DNA of 64,000 nucleotides, taken from NCBI GenBank assembly GCA_000004985.1, contig GG738891.1, one strand, 5' to 3'. The position numbers were made by a program, and so were the translations under genes. Below are positions 1-10,889 of the stretch, in pieces. How positions within the stretch are numbered: the first letter of the stretch is position 1; each line of letters opens with the position of its first letter. The notes beneath the pieces are model-generated. The model ran no database searches, had not been told where the DNA came from, and saw only the letters and a list, made by a program, of their open reading frames with translations. This stretch comes from Naegleria gruberi. Taxonomy: Eukaryota.

Positions 1-1
1 C

Positions 2-1444
2 GATACTGAAGATGAAGTAATTGAACTCATTTCAGTTTGTAAGAAACTCCACAGTACTGTTCCTGAAAATCACAAGGAAAGAAAGAACGTACTCAGAATG
101 ATGAAAACTGTTGATAAGGTCATTGAAGATCACCCTCAACTCCAAAATGCTAGACTCAGAGATAGATTTGAACCTGGATTACTTCCTGCAGTAGAAACGC
201 TTACAAGATGGCAACTCGTAAACATTCACAAAAATCTTGTAAATGCTATTCTTGAATTTAGTATTAACCAATATCAATGGAAGCATTTGCAAATTCAAGC
301 TTTCATACTTCAAGATATTGTCGATTCAAAGAGCAATGGTTCTAGAAAGATTGATTCCCCTTTCCGTAGATGGAGATTTTCATTTGTTCAAAAGATGCTC
401 CAATTTCCTGAATGGTTATTCAGAAAGTTTATTAGACCTTGGTTCTTGAAGCTTGTTGCTGTTGTATACGTTCTCTTCTCCTTGATTCTCTTGTGGTGTC
501 AATTTACTCCATTATTTAAGAATGTTACAACTGTTAAGCTTTCAGTTTTAGAAATGTTAATTTCATCAATTGGAGATCGTTTTGTTGTTCAATTTGTTGC
601 TTTAGGTATTATTTCTGTTATTTTAGCAACAGTATTGGTAGCTTTATTTAATGTTAGAGTGATGGAATATTTCAGATTGATTCCAGGTCACACAGATTCT
701 TACAGTTTGTTCTACACTGCTCAATTGCTGTGTAGAGTTATTCCTAGTATGATGTTTAACTTCTTGCAATTGATTGGTGTCAGTAAGAATGATGGTGTTG
801 CCTACTTTAATATTTATGGTGAATTGAGAATGGATGGTTTACTTAAGTTTGGTGTTATTGGTGGTTTTATTGTCGATTACCTTCCATTAGGTATTTTCCT
901 TGTTGTCTTTGTTGCAGCATTCAGAATTTTAGAAAGACTTGGAACATTGATCAACATTGAAAGATTCAAGTATTCAGGTACTGAAAAAGTTACAGATGAA
1001 AGAGTTTTAGAAGGCAGAGAAATCTTGGCTCGTGTCAGAGAAAGAAAGCTTAAACATATTGAAAAAGCTAAAGAAGAAAATAGAGATGGAAGCTTTAGTA
1101 TTACAAAACTCTTTGACAAGTTGGATGAACATGATGTTGGATCTGGATCTTCAAAGAAGAAGTCATCCAAACGTAAACAAAATGAAGACGATGATGACTC
1201 AGATACCATCAAATTTAGTGACAAGTTTTTGGAAGATATTGATCAATTTGCTGAAAAACCATCAGAAAGACACTACCAAAGTGGTAGTAAGAAGGAAAAG
1301 AGTAAGCCAAGAGGTTTCTCTAGAATGGATGACGAAGAAGTCAGTATGGATGATGATATACCACTTAATAGTTATCGTCCTCATGATGATCTTATCAATA
1401 AGATCAGATCCAACAGAAGTAAGAAGTTTGAATCAGTTTTGTAA
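2..1444 (+). CDS. LMBR1-domain (LMBRD2/LIMR-like) multi-pass membrane protein, C-terminal part; 5' end lies outside the window
   Basis: The reading frame is open from nt 2 with no upstream stop, so the ATG at 98 is internal. Several hydrophobic helices are followed by a long charged K/E/D-rich tail, as in LMBR1-like proteins. Stop TAA at 1442-1444. Confidence 0.5.
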   Translation, partial: DTEDEVIELISVCKKLHSTVPENHKERKNVLRMMKTVDKVIEDHPQLQNARLRDRFEPGLLPAVETLTRWQLVNIHKNLVNAILEFSINQYQWKHLQIQAFILQDIVDSKSNGSRKIDSPFRRWRFSFVQKMLQFPEWLFRKFIRPWFLKLVAVVYVLFSLILLWCQFTPLFKNVTTVKLSVLEMLISSIGDRFVVQFVALGIISVILATVLVALFNVRVMEYFRLIPGHTDSYSLFYTAQLLCRVIPSMMFNFLQLIGVSKNDGVAYFNIYGELRMDGLLKFGVIGGFIVDYLPLGIFLVVFVAAFRILERLGTLINIERFKYSGTEKVTDERVLEGREILARVRERKLKHIEKAKEENRDGSFSITKLFDKLDEHDVGSGSSKKKSSKRKQNEDDDDSDTIKFSDKFLEDIDQFAEKPSERHYQSGSKKEKSKPRGFSRMDDEEVSMDDDIPLNSYRPHDDLINKIRSNRSKKFESVL

Positions 1445-1469
1445 ATAATAATAAATAATTTATTCAATT

Positions 1470-4400
1470 TTAAACATGAATAATACAGTCTGCTTCATTT
1501 TGAACTGCTGAATTGTGAGATATCAAAATCACTTGTTGATTTTTAAACATACGTGACAGAATTCTAGAAACTAATTTCTGTTTCTCTTCATCCAAATTGG
1601 CATCACACTCATCTAAAATGTAGAACATTGATTTCTTAAAGGTAGCAATTGAAAACAAGAATGCCAAGCTAACCATTGTCTTCTCACCTCCACTAATTAG
1701 AGAAAGTTGAGAGGTATCTCCTTCCTTGTTTGAATTCTTTGATTTTACAATAATTTCGACACCTTCTGAAACTTTTTCACCGACTTTCTTCAAGGATGCA
1801 ATCTTATTTGGAAGCATGAGCTCTGTAAATTTTTGAAATAATTGTTGTACTTTTTCAAAGGCTACTTCATTATACTTTTCCACAACTTTTTGGCCACACG
1901 ATATTCCATCCATTAATACTTGACAACTTTTAGAAATCCACATTACTCTACTTTTACTATTCTCTAGAATAGTTTGCTTTTTCTCCAAATCAATTACATC
2001 AACCATCATGGCTTTCGATTTTTTAGCCAAAGTTTTGGCTTTCTTTTCTAGGCTTTCAACAATTACTTCTAAATCCTCAATTGATTTGTCAATAAATTTG
2101 GAATTTTCATTTTCATCAACCATAAGGTTGCTTTCACCCATCTGATTGACTACTTTCTGTTGTTTTTTGATTGACTTTTCTAGATTTTGAATTTTTTCAT
2201 GCAACACTTGCATGGAACTATTGATAGTAGCGAGGTTATCGGTCAGTATCTTGTTCTCTAATTCCATAAATACAAGTATTCATTGTAAATAACTTACTTT
2301 TTTCTTGCTCTGTCTTTTTAGCCTTGAGCGATAAATAATATTCTTTCTTCCTGACAAGCTCTATTTTCATACCATCCAAGTGTTTAATTTTGGACTTTGC
2401 CACATTTTCCTTCTCGATTATCTTGTCGTTCATTTGCTTGATCAGTTCTTCTGGGAATGAGTTATCAACATTTCTAGATAAATCCAACTCTATTTCATTT
2501 CTTTTACTCTCCATATCTCTTAATTCAATACGAAGCCTTTCAAAAGACTCTTGTTGTTCAAGTCCACTTCTGCAAGATAACAAGGTTTGCTTCAATATCA
2601 ACAATTTTGATTCGCTTTGTTCTAAGCTATTCAGCAATAGATCATGAGCAATCCTTGAGTCGTGTAATTCCTCTGTCATTGCTATGTTATTTTCATTCAA
2701 GGAAGACAATATCTCTTGTTCTTGTATTGTATAATTGAAACTTAATTCCATTTCCTGTAATATAGACTCCTTTGTTCTCATTGTTACCTCTACTTGTTTT
2801 AAAGTTCTCAATTTATGGTCTACATTTGCTCTTTTTTTAAGTGCACTATTTTCATAAATATTAGAAAGGTCACCACCAATAACTCTTCCAGGAAGATGCT
2901 TGACACCATTTAAAGTGCTTTTAATTTTAGATAATCTCAATAATTTTCTATACTTACACTGAAGATATACCGAGATCAACCAGTTGTTTTGACATATCCT
3001 CTGAAAGTGAAATCACAAAGTCACCAATGCATCTATCAATGGAAGGTTCTATTTTTTCATCGAAATTGAGAATATCTTTTGGAATGACGAAATTTAAGCC
3101 TCTCTTATCTCTAATCTGTCTTTGATATGCAATTCTTTTCTTTTGTTGAGAGGAATCCAATCTATCCAAGGGCCAGATAGTAATGGACCTCTTTCTTTGT
3201 GAGGCTGTTTGAAGAAGTTTTTCAGATTGGCTTGTTGTTTCTACAATGTGAGTTGAAAAATTCTTTCCCATAATAACAGAAAGTGGTAAAACATATTGTT
3301 GTGAATTACTTTCTAATGATATCATATTAACCAGAACTGTCTTTAAATCTTGTGAAATTTCTAAACTATTCAAGTATCGTTCGTCTCTTTCAACTTCCTC
3401 CTTCATTTTGCTAAATTGATTTTTCAAAACTAAATATTCATGTTTAAAGAGTGATAAACTCTCAGCTTCTACTATTGTAGTCCTTGCCATTTTTTCAGAT
3501 TTTTGACTGATGATCAATTCATTCTTCCTGATATTGTCTTGTAATGTTTGGATATTTGATTTGATACTTGATATTCTTTCTTTTACATTCATAATAAATT
3601 TCGATTCCACTTCAATTTGTTGTTGTATTTCATTGATATCCTTCACCTGGTGTATTGTTTGTGATTTTTCACTACATTGATAAGAATTATAATAATTATA
3701 AATACTTACTTATTCAGTAGACCGTTAATAGTTGCTATTTTGCTGTTAATAACTCTCAGTTCATCTCCTAAGTTTTCTCTCTCTAACTCTTGACGCTTTT
3801 TCCTTTCTTCGACTTTTGATTTTTCATTCAATAATGACCTATAATTATTATTCAATTGATCTACTTCCTCTTTAATAAATTCTAAATTTTCTGACAGTTC
3901 CGATATTTGTTTTTGCATTGGAACAATATCTACCGTCTTGGTGGTTGTCATTTCGGATTTCAACTTTTCCAATTCTAAACAAGCAATCTCACTCTCCACT
4001 TGTTGTTTCCTCTTCTCATAGTCTGTTTTTTTAAAAGTTAATTCCTCCATCATATACAAGTCTTTTGCTAGATGGTCCTCCAACTCGCTTCTCCTCTTCA
4101 ATGAAAGGGCAAGCCTTGCTTCTGTAATATCGTGTTCACATTTTTTTCTTTCACTTACAACAGCAAGCTTGTTTTTATCTTCTTCTATCAACCTCTCTAG
4201 TTTTACAATTTGCTCATTCATATGTTCCTCTGTTTGCTTCCATGATTGGATTTCATTCAAAGTCTTCTCGGCCTGTTGTTCAAAACTCAATCCTCCACTT
4301 CCATCTGTGATCATTTCTGCAATCTCCTTAGAGTTTTTAAACATTAGACTGACCACATGATTCTGGAAAATAACAAAGTTTGAAGAGTGTCTCAATCCAT

Positions 4401-4849
4401 GCTGGAAGAGGAAATTCTGTACAGCTCTTATTGTTACATGTTTTCCATCAAGTGTATACTTTCGTATTCCCTTTTCTTTGAAGAGAGTGACTGAAAGTTC
4501 ATGTTTTAAAGGAAAGCCTTCGTCATCACCCTGCATTGTGTTCTTTTCATCATCTCTTGAGAATAATAATTGAACACATGCATACGATTCCCTTTCACTT
4601 CCTCTCGTTGTAATTAAATCCTCCAACTTTGATACTCTCAATAATTTAATATCCAAGCCTAGAGCAAAACAAATTGCATCAACTTTACAAGTGTCAAAAC
4701 AAACATTTCAAGCAGAACATACCAACATTACTCTTTCCCTTTCCATTTGGTCCCACAATACAATTTATTCCATTGATGAAGGCTATTTCCTTTGGGGAAG
4801 AATTACTATAAGATTTGAATCCACTCATAAAGACATGTTGTAGATACAT
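1470..4849 (-). CDS. SMC-family chromosome ATPase (condensin SMC2/4-like N-terminus), 5 exons, about 1074 aa
   Basis: ATG at 4849 encodes MYLQHVFMSGFKSY...GPNGKGKSNV (Walker A). Exons on the minus strand are 4849..4723, 4682..3710, 3671..2958, 2917..2298 and 2257..1470, totalling 3222 nt in frame. Introns are 4683-4722 (40 nt, GTATGT..AAG), 3672-3709 (38 nt, GTAAGT..TAG), 2918-2957 (40 nt, GTAAGT..AAG) and 2258-2297 (40 nt, GTAAGT..TAG). The spliced protein restores the conserved VDAICFALG motif after Walker A, the hinge-end motif VTLNGVKHLPGRVIGGD, and a C-terminal LSGGEKTMVSLAFLF signature plus ILDECDA Walker B. Confidence 0.8.
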
Positions 4850-4887
4850 TTTTTTACAATTTGAAAAAAGCCTTAAATTGACTCAAT

Positions 4888-7131
4888 TTATTGGTGAAGT
4901 GAACATTCCTTCTCGAGCATATCAAGTTTGTCATTAATGAATTTTCTAAACTCTGGATTGCTTGGAATTTGAGAAGTGTCACCTATAAAACTTGAACTGA
5001 GAATACTTTCATTCACTCTGTATGATTCTCCCTTTTCAGTTTCTCCGTGAGAGAGAAAGGCATCAATATTATTTGAAACTTTTTCTTCAATAATTGTGGT
5101 AGTATCTTCTTCTCCACAGCTACTAATTTTACTTTGCTCCAAATCTATTTCTATTAATTGACTAGATTCTTCAGGATAACCTGATTGATTATAATCTTTC
5201 CTGTCAAATAGGATTCTATAGTGGGATTCTATATCCTGTGTTTCATTCTTGTCAATAGGTTCGTAATGTTCATCCTCATTTTCGTCTGTATCTAGAGATG
5301 CAATCTTCTTCAAACCCATTTCAATCTCTTCTATTCTCTTCTTCATAACACTCTTAAAGTTAGATTCTGAATCCTCACCAAAATCAAATTTGGTAAATGA
5401 GTTTGAGTTATCATTGACCACTGAAATATTTAAATCCTTCTCTGGTCTATCAGATTTGTTGTTTTGAGATGATTTTGGAGTAAATTTCAGAATTCGTAAT
5501 TCTTCCTCTTCTATTTCTCCCCAAACTCTCTTGTATTCCTCTTGTTCAAGTAGAATATTCTTTAGACTTATATTTACAGACCTAACATTTTCGTGTGAAT
5601 CTCTGACACCTTCAGCTCTAGGTTTTCGAGGAGCGGAACTTGGCCTCTTTGGAGTTGATGAAAAAGACATTTCGTCATGTTTTGGTAAAGAACTAGTTGG
5701 TCCTCTTCCAGAAAGTGCAGATGCTGGTCTTTGATTTCTGTTTTGTGATAGAGAAGTATTCTGTTCTGCACCAGAATACTCACTTCTCCTTGAGACAACC
5801 TTTGATTTTACGTGACCATATCGTTCTCTATTCTTCTTTGCTATTTCTTCCAGAGATGATTCTTTTGGAGTTTCAAAGGATTGAGGTCTGTTATTGCATC
5901 TACTATAACTCAAAGGACTTCTGGTATTACTTCTCCTAGATGACGAAGGCGTAGTTGGTCTTGTTACTCTATTAGAAATTATTGAATCATTTTCTTTTGA
6001 TTTAACTGACTTAGGTGGTAGGTCTGAAATTGATGAAACCACAGATCGAAAGACAACACTTTTTTGAAGTTGATCATCTAGATCTTGTATTTGCTCTAAA
6101 ATAATTTTCTCTTCTTTTTCAAACGGATCAAGTGGTTTTGGGACCTTTCTCTGATTGTATGGTACAGTTTTTTTTGGAGTTTCCACTACTGCTGATTGCA
6201 CAACTCTACTCCTTGGTGCAGAAGATGGCCTTTGAAGTTTGGTTGGTGATGTTAATTTCTCTGGAGTTTTACTGACATCTGGAGCATGTTGGGAATGTTT
6301 CCTTGATGAGTTGTTCAAAATTGAGTTTTGAGATGAATGTGATTGAAATTTTTCTGGTGATCTAATCAAGTTTGGTTGGAATTGAGGTTGTTGTGTGGTT
6401 GGTCTTGCTGAAGAGGGTCTTTTTAATTTCTGAGGAGGGCTTTGTTGAGAGACTGCCAAATACTTTTCTTCCATAGTATTTGGAGAATTCTTTAGTTTTT
6501 CTTGTCTAGCCTCCACTCTCTTTCTCCTTTCAATTTCATATTGTTTCGAGTGAGGAGATAAAGGTTGGCTCACGGTATTTGGATTTAATTTAGTTGGAGA
6601 AGTAGGAGAAGTATAATTATTTGCTAAACACACTTGCTGAGATTGATCTTTAGTGACACAAGATGAAGAATTAAAGGAGCGATCAATCATGGCCTTAATA
6701 TTCATGCTTTTCAATTCTTCCATTCTTTTCAAAAGATAGGAGGCATGAATGTCCTCCGATAATTGTTTGTGTTGTTCATGAGCATAATTAGTGGCTGCTT
6801 TCCTCACCTCCGAACAAATTGTTGGATTTGTATAATGTTGTTGCTCTGGAGAGGAAGACTGACCACCAACACTCCAACTTCCACTTGAATTATTGATTCC
6901 TCTAACACCACCTGGTGAAAAACATCTACTCCTCGATGAAGAAGAACGAACAGGACTTTCTTCGTCATATTCTTGATAATTTCCATCATCATTAAAATGA
7001 AAAAGTGAATTCTGTAATTCTCGTAGTTCTTCCTTCTTTTTTCTTCTCCTAGATCTGGACTTTTCTAGTAGTGATTTTACATAGGCTTCCTCCTTAGGGC
7101 GTAAAGATGAGGGAGAGGAATTACCTTGCAT
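4888..7131 (-). CDS. Hypothetical Ser/Pro/Arg-rich low-complexity protein (747 aa)
   Basis: Single long ORF with strongly biased composition (S/P/R/K/N) and no recognisable domain. Its stop lies 38 bp upstream of the SMC start on the same strand. Confidence 0.5.
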   Translation of the reverse strand: MQGNSSPSSLRPKEEAYVKSLLEKSRSRRRKKKEELRELQNSLFHFNDDGNYQEYDEESPVRSSSSRSRCFSPGGVRGINNSSGSWSVGGQSSSPEQQHYTNPTICSEVRKAATNYAHEQHKQLSEDIHASYLLKRMEELKSMNIKAMIDRSFNSSSCVTKDQSQQVCLANNYTSPTSPTKLNPNTVSQPLSPHSKQYEIERRKRVEARQEKLKNSPNTMEEKYLAVSQQSPPQKLKRPSSARPTTQQPQFQPNLIRSPEKFQSHSSQNSILNNSSRKHSQHAPDVSKTPEKLTSPTKLQRPSSAPRSRVVQSAVVETPKKTVPYNQRKVPKPLDPFEKEEKIILEQIQDLDDQLQKSVVFRSVVSSISDLPPKSVKSKENDSIISNRVTRPTTPSSSRRSNTRSPLSYSRCNNRPQSFETPKESSLEEIAKKNRERYGHVKSKVVSRRSEYSGAEQNTSLSQNRNQRPASALSGRGPTSSLPKHDEMSFSSTPKRPSSAPRKPRAEGVRDSHENVRSVNISLKNILLEQEEYKRVWGEIEEEELRILKFTPKSSQNNKSDRPEKDLNISVVNDNSNSFTKFDFGEDSESNFKSVMKKRIEEIEMGLKKIASLDTDENEDEHYEPIDKNETQDIESHYRILFDRKDYNQSGYPEESSQLIEIDLEQSKISSCGEEDTTTIIEEKVSNNIDAFLSHGETEKGESYRVNESILSSSFIGDTSQIPSNPEFRKFINDKLDMLEKECSLHQ

Positions 7132-8392
7132 TTTTTAAATGATAAGTCTCAAATAAATTTTAAGGGAAATCATCTGCCATCAAACACTTTTCAAATACAA
7201 ATTTTTGGAGGGAAATAACAGTAATGAATGATTGAAAGGATAATGGCTAAACTTTAATTAACTCGAAACATCTAGCAACCACAAACTTTGAAAATAATAT
7301 CAAGGTACAACAAAAGATAGCTCTAATTTAAAGTAAAACTCTGGAATGATATTTATTATTGCCGAAGGTCAAAATTGGGTTTAAAAAATGCTGAAAATGA
7401 GAAACTCTCATGATTCTTTCTTTGTTGGTGGATTTCTGGAAATCAGATTGTACTTTCAATAAATTTGAAGTGTACGTTATTCCACATTCATTAATCCTAG
7501 TTGTTGGTCTCCAAAAGAAAATCAACTAAATTGATTAAAACTTGTTCTTCTTGGCCATCATGGCTTGTTTATGAACCAAACACTTGTCTAAAATTAATCC
7601 AATATTATCTGAATGACAAACTGGTCTGAACTTGTTTCTTGTTGTTTGATGAATTTTCATGGTATTATTGTGGACCATAAGGCTAGCAAAATGAGAAGTA
7701 GATTCACGGGCTTGTGTCAACATTTTTAATTGGTTTTTGCGGTTTTAATTTGATCAAAGAGCAATAGTGCTTTTTTTTTCATTCCGTCTTTTACCGTTGA
7801 GGTAAGGGTATTAATAGATTCCAGCCTCATTGTGTTTTACAATGATTTAATCATCCAATGAAAAAACATCGCCCCTCTATTTTTAAAAACTCGGCCTTTT
7901 TGCTTTAGGTTTAAAAATTATCGTTGCCTTTTCGATAGTGACGCAGAACGGATGGTTTGCTTCCTTAATTCCAAGAGCCAAATGATAAACTTCACGGATT
8001 TAACGCTTCATTCTATTGGACCAATAGATGTTAAGAAAAATTTTCTATCAGCGCAACTTGTTCACCATTAAATGTTGGTTGTATCAAAACTGAGGATCCA
8101 ATACACAGAGATCTCACCTTAAAGCATTGTAATCTAATGGGTAATCTACAATTATTTAGTATTTGTGTAATGGAAAGATTGAACTGTTGATCAACTTCTG
8201 AATTTTGGAAAGAACAGTTGACAAAGTAAACAGGCAAACCAATATTTCACATATAGCACTGAACAACAAATACTGATGTAATCTTTATCAAATTCATCCA
8301 CATAATTACGCCTAAACGTGTTGAAGAAAGAGTTTTCAATAATTATTCGTCCAATAATTAATTTAATAATTTAAAATTGACAAATAGAAAAA

Positions 8393-9691
8393 ATGAGAAA
8401 GGCTCTTATCATTTCCTTGCTCATTGCTTGTTTATTATCTTGTGTGCTCTTGATGAGCAATAATCAAGTCAAGGCAGAAGAGAATGATGATTTTTGGAAT
8501 GCCATTCCGACAACAACAGTTGCTTCTAATCAATTAAATGATGATACGTTATCAACCAGTACTTCCGATGACGAAGAAATGGTTCCATCATCAACAACAA
8601 CACCATCAACAACCAATAATGACAATATTAAATCAACAACAAATCAAAAGGAAGAGGATGAGGAATTTGATTTTAATGAAGATGACTTTACTTCAATTCA
8701 ATCCAAATTAATTCAAGAACAAAAGGAACCATCGGAAGAACAATCAAATGAAAAGCAAGAAGAAACACAACAAGAACCAGTTCGTTTGTTTGGACTTGTT
8801 AAACAAGAACATTATTACTATGAAATGGGATTTGTTGCTTTCATTTTGGCTTCTGGTATTATTTACGTTATCGGAAGATCTGCAGGTGAAAAGGTTTTCA
8901 TGGAATGGGCTGAAAAGAATTTAGTTAACAAGATTATGAACAAGCACTTTACTAAAGTCAACTTTATGCGTGATAGTGCTAATCAATATATTGTTTATGC
9001 AACTGGTAATGAAGCCATTAAACACATGACTTTGAAGGTCACTACACCAAATAAGCAAGATTTGTTGATGGGATTACTTTTAAAGCCAATTATGGGATTG
9101 TTAAATGGAACTTCTATGCTTTCTCAACCTGAAATTTCATTGGAAATGACTTTACCAAGAAGATTTATTGTTCTATTTGGTATGTGTGAACCAAAGAATT
9201 ATAAGAATTTCTTAAAGCAACATGAACCTCTTCAACTTTACACCAAGCATGCCCAATGTGATGTTAATGGAAAGCAATTTGCTGTTTTTACAGATACTCC
9301 AACTTTGATTACAAAGCTCATGTCTCAATCCTTTGTTTCCTATATTGAATCTGATCTCTTGGTCAGTGACATGCTCAAGCCAAGAATTGCTGGAACTAAT
9401 CTTGTTAATTGCATTACTCTCAGAACCAAGATTCAATTCAACAAGACATTATCAGAAGGTGATAAACATAATTCAAAGAATAAGGCCAAACACGAAAACT
9501 GGTTGGATGAATTGATCAATTTTATTTCATTCGATTTTAATTTGACTCAACAAGAAAATGACAGAAATATTAAAAACAGAATGGAAGTTAAGGAAAATAT
9601 TGAAAAGGAAGAAAAGAAACAAAAGTTAAAGGAAGAATCAAAGGAAAATAGACTGAAGAAACTCAAAGGTGGAAATAAGAAAACCAAATAA
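8393..9691 (+). CDS. CCDC47 (calumin/PAT-complex subunit)-like ER membrane protein
   Basis: Signal peptide (MRKALIISLLIACLLSCVLL), an acidic S/T-rich luminal segment, then one TM helix (HYYYEMGFVAFILASGIIYVIGRSAGEK, compare human [29 protein letters not shown]). A cytosolic domain follows, then a lysine-rich coiled C-terminus. AAAAAATG start context. Confidence 0.55.
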   Translation: MRKALIISLLIACLLSCVLLMSNNQVKAEENDDFWNAIPTTTVASNQLNDDTLSTSTSDDEEMVPSSTTTPSTTNNDNIKSTTNQKEEDEEFDFNEDDFTSIQSKLIQEQKEPSEEQSNEKQEETQQEPVRLFGLVKQEHYYYEMGFVAFILASGIIYVIGRSAGEKVFMEWAEKNLVNKIMNKHFTKVNFMRDSANQYIVYATGNEAIKHMTLKVTTPNKQDLLMGLLLKPIMGLLNGTSMLSQPEISLEMTLPRRFIVLFGMCEPKNYKNFLKQHEPLQLYTKHAQCDVNGKQFAVFTDTPTLITKLMSQSFVSYIESDLLVSDMLKPRIAGTNLVNCITLRTKIQFNKTLSEGDKHNSKNKAKHENWLDELINFISFDFNLTQQENDRNIKNRMEVKENIEKEEKKQKLKEESKENRLKKLKGGNKKTK

Positions 9692-9756
9692 ATAATTATT
9701 CAAGAATCTCTGAAAGCAAATCACATTGAACACCTCCATTAAATTAATTAGTATAA

Positions 9757-9801
9757 GTGGAGAGGTAGATGATGGAAGTTCATCTTAGCTCGTTCATCTC
9801 T
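9757..9801. other. Imperfect inverted repeat (hairpin) in the 3' flank of the CCDC47-like gene
   Basis: The sequence is GGAGAGGTAGATGATGGAAGTTCATCTTAGCTCGTTCATCTCTCC. The outer arms GGAGAG...ATGA and TCATCTCTCC are complementary, and an inner GATGA/TCATC stem lies within. Its function is unknown. Confidence 0.2.
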
Positions 9802-10469
9802 CCTTGACAGAGAATCCAAACTCAATCATCCTGTTGTTTCTCCATTAAATTCTTATTAATTTTGATTGTTGCAAGTATTTTGGTGCTTACAATCATGTGG
9901 ATTTGCCCAAACAGTCTAAGCTTTAAGAGGGCAAAAAAGTGGTAATGTTTCCTCAGCAGCAATTCCAACAAGTATTGAAGTCTGTTACTTGGTAGAAGAT
10001 ACCTTACAATAGGCCAAAGGCGCAACATATCCGAAAGTCTTTCTTAAAGCTTCATTTCCGAAAAGATATAATAAGTGTAATCAATGAGCTGAATACGCAA
10101 ACGAAACCATTTTTTTCTTAGGTTGAATTAACACCCACATTTGCTAGGACATAATGAAGTGGTGCGATGGTTTCAATTCAATCGGAATATTTTCATTATC
10201 ACCACTATGACTCAAAATGTTCATTTTCTGGAAAGTTTTACTTTATTGATAACTTTCCATTAAGTGGACGAAATTTCATAATGGGAATCTCAAAATTTCC
10301 CTTCCCTTACTTGGTAAAATTTCAAGCGTTGATGTCAATTGAAAAACCGAAATATCCTCAATCAATATAGCTCGGAACCAACAGTTAGTAATTTCGGATC
10401 ATGAACTGCACTTTAGATGCAAAAAGAAAGATTATTGAAAAGTTTACATTCATTAAATTTCACTTTTAA

Positions 10470-10889
10470 TTATTGACGAAAAGCTACAAGCACAACATTG
10501 ATAATAATTCCAGCTAGGAAGAAGTAACAACCACTAATCAATCCATAAAATAAAGGTCTTGGCATATTTGGATTAATTGCAGTATTCACAGTTGTCATTG
10601 CCAAGAATCCAAATCCAACCAAAGCACCAAACAGAAAACCATCAGCAATTGAATTGATGTTGAATGCTTCAACCATCATACTACTCGTAATGGTGGTCAC
10701 AACTGTACAAATCAAAGGTCCAATTATAAAGATTGGTGCTAGTTTATTCTCTGGTTGATATCTTCTTCCCAATGCTTCTGCATAGACCCTCCCAAAGAGT
10801 GCAGTAAACCACAAACCACCCAAAAAGGAAGCACACAAAGTAGCAACGAGAATTGCAATCCAATTCAATGCTAATAATGAAGGAAACAT
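10470..10889 (-). CDS. Small 4-TM membrane protein resembling the bacterial DUF1761 family
   Basis: 139 aa, ATG at 10889. The N-terminus MFPSLLALNWIAILVATLCASFLGGLWFTALFG matches the NW-A-LVA-F-G-W-LFG pattern I recall for DUF1761 proteins, which are about 130 aa with 4 helices. No introns. Confidence 0.35.
   Translation of the reverse strand: MFPSLLALNWIAILVATLCASFLGGLWFTALFGRVYAEALGRRYQPENKLAPIFIIGPLICTVVTTITSSMMVEAFNINSIADGFLFGALVGFGFLAMTTVNTAINPNMPRPLFYGLISGCYFFLAGIIINVVLVAFRQ

Noticed and set aside
7328-7723. Faint resemblance of minus-strand ORFs 7535..7723 and 7328..7525 to a roadblock/LC7 dynein light chain (ASLM..., ERIMRVS against NEIMVAP)
   Set aside because: The similarity is too short and I could not build a frame-consistent spliced model. 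It is kept only as a note inside the 7132-8392 gap finding.
8095-8115. ACACAGAGATCT, a partial match to the U6 snRNA ACAGAGA box
   Set aside because: The adjacent AGATTAGCA element and the 5' stem-loop are missing, so this is a chance heptamer.
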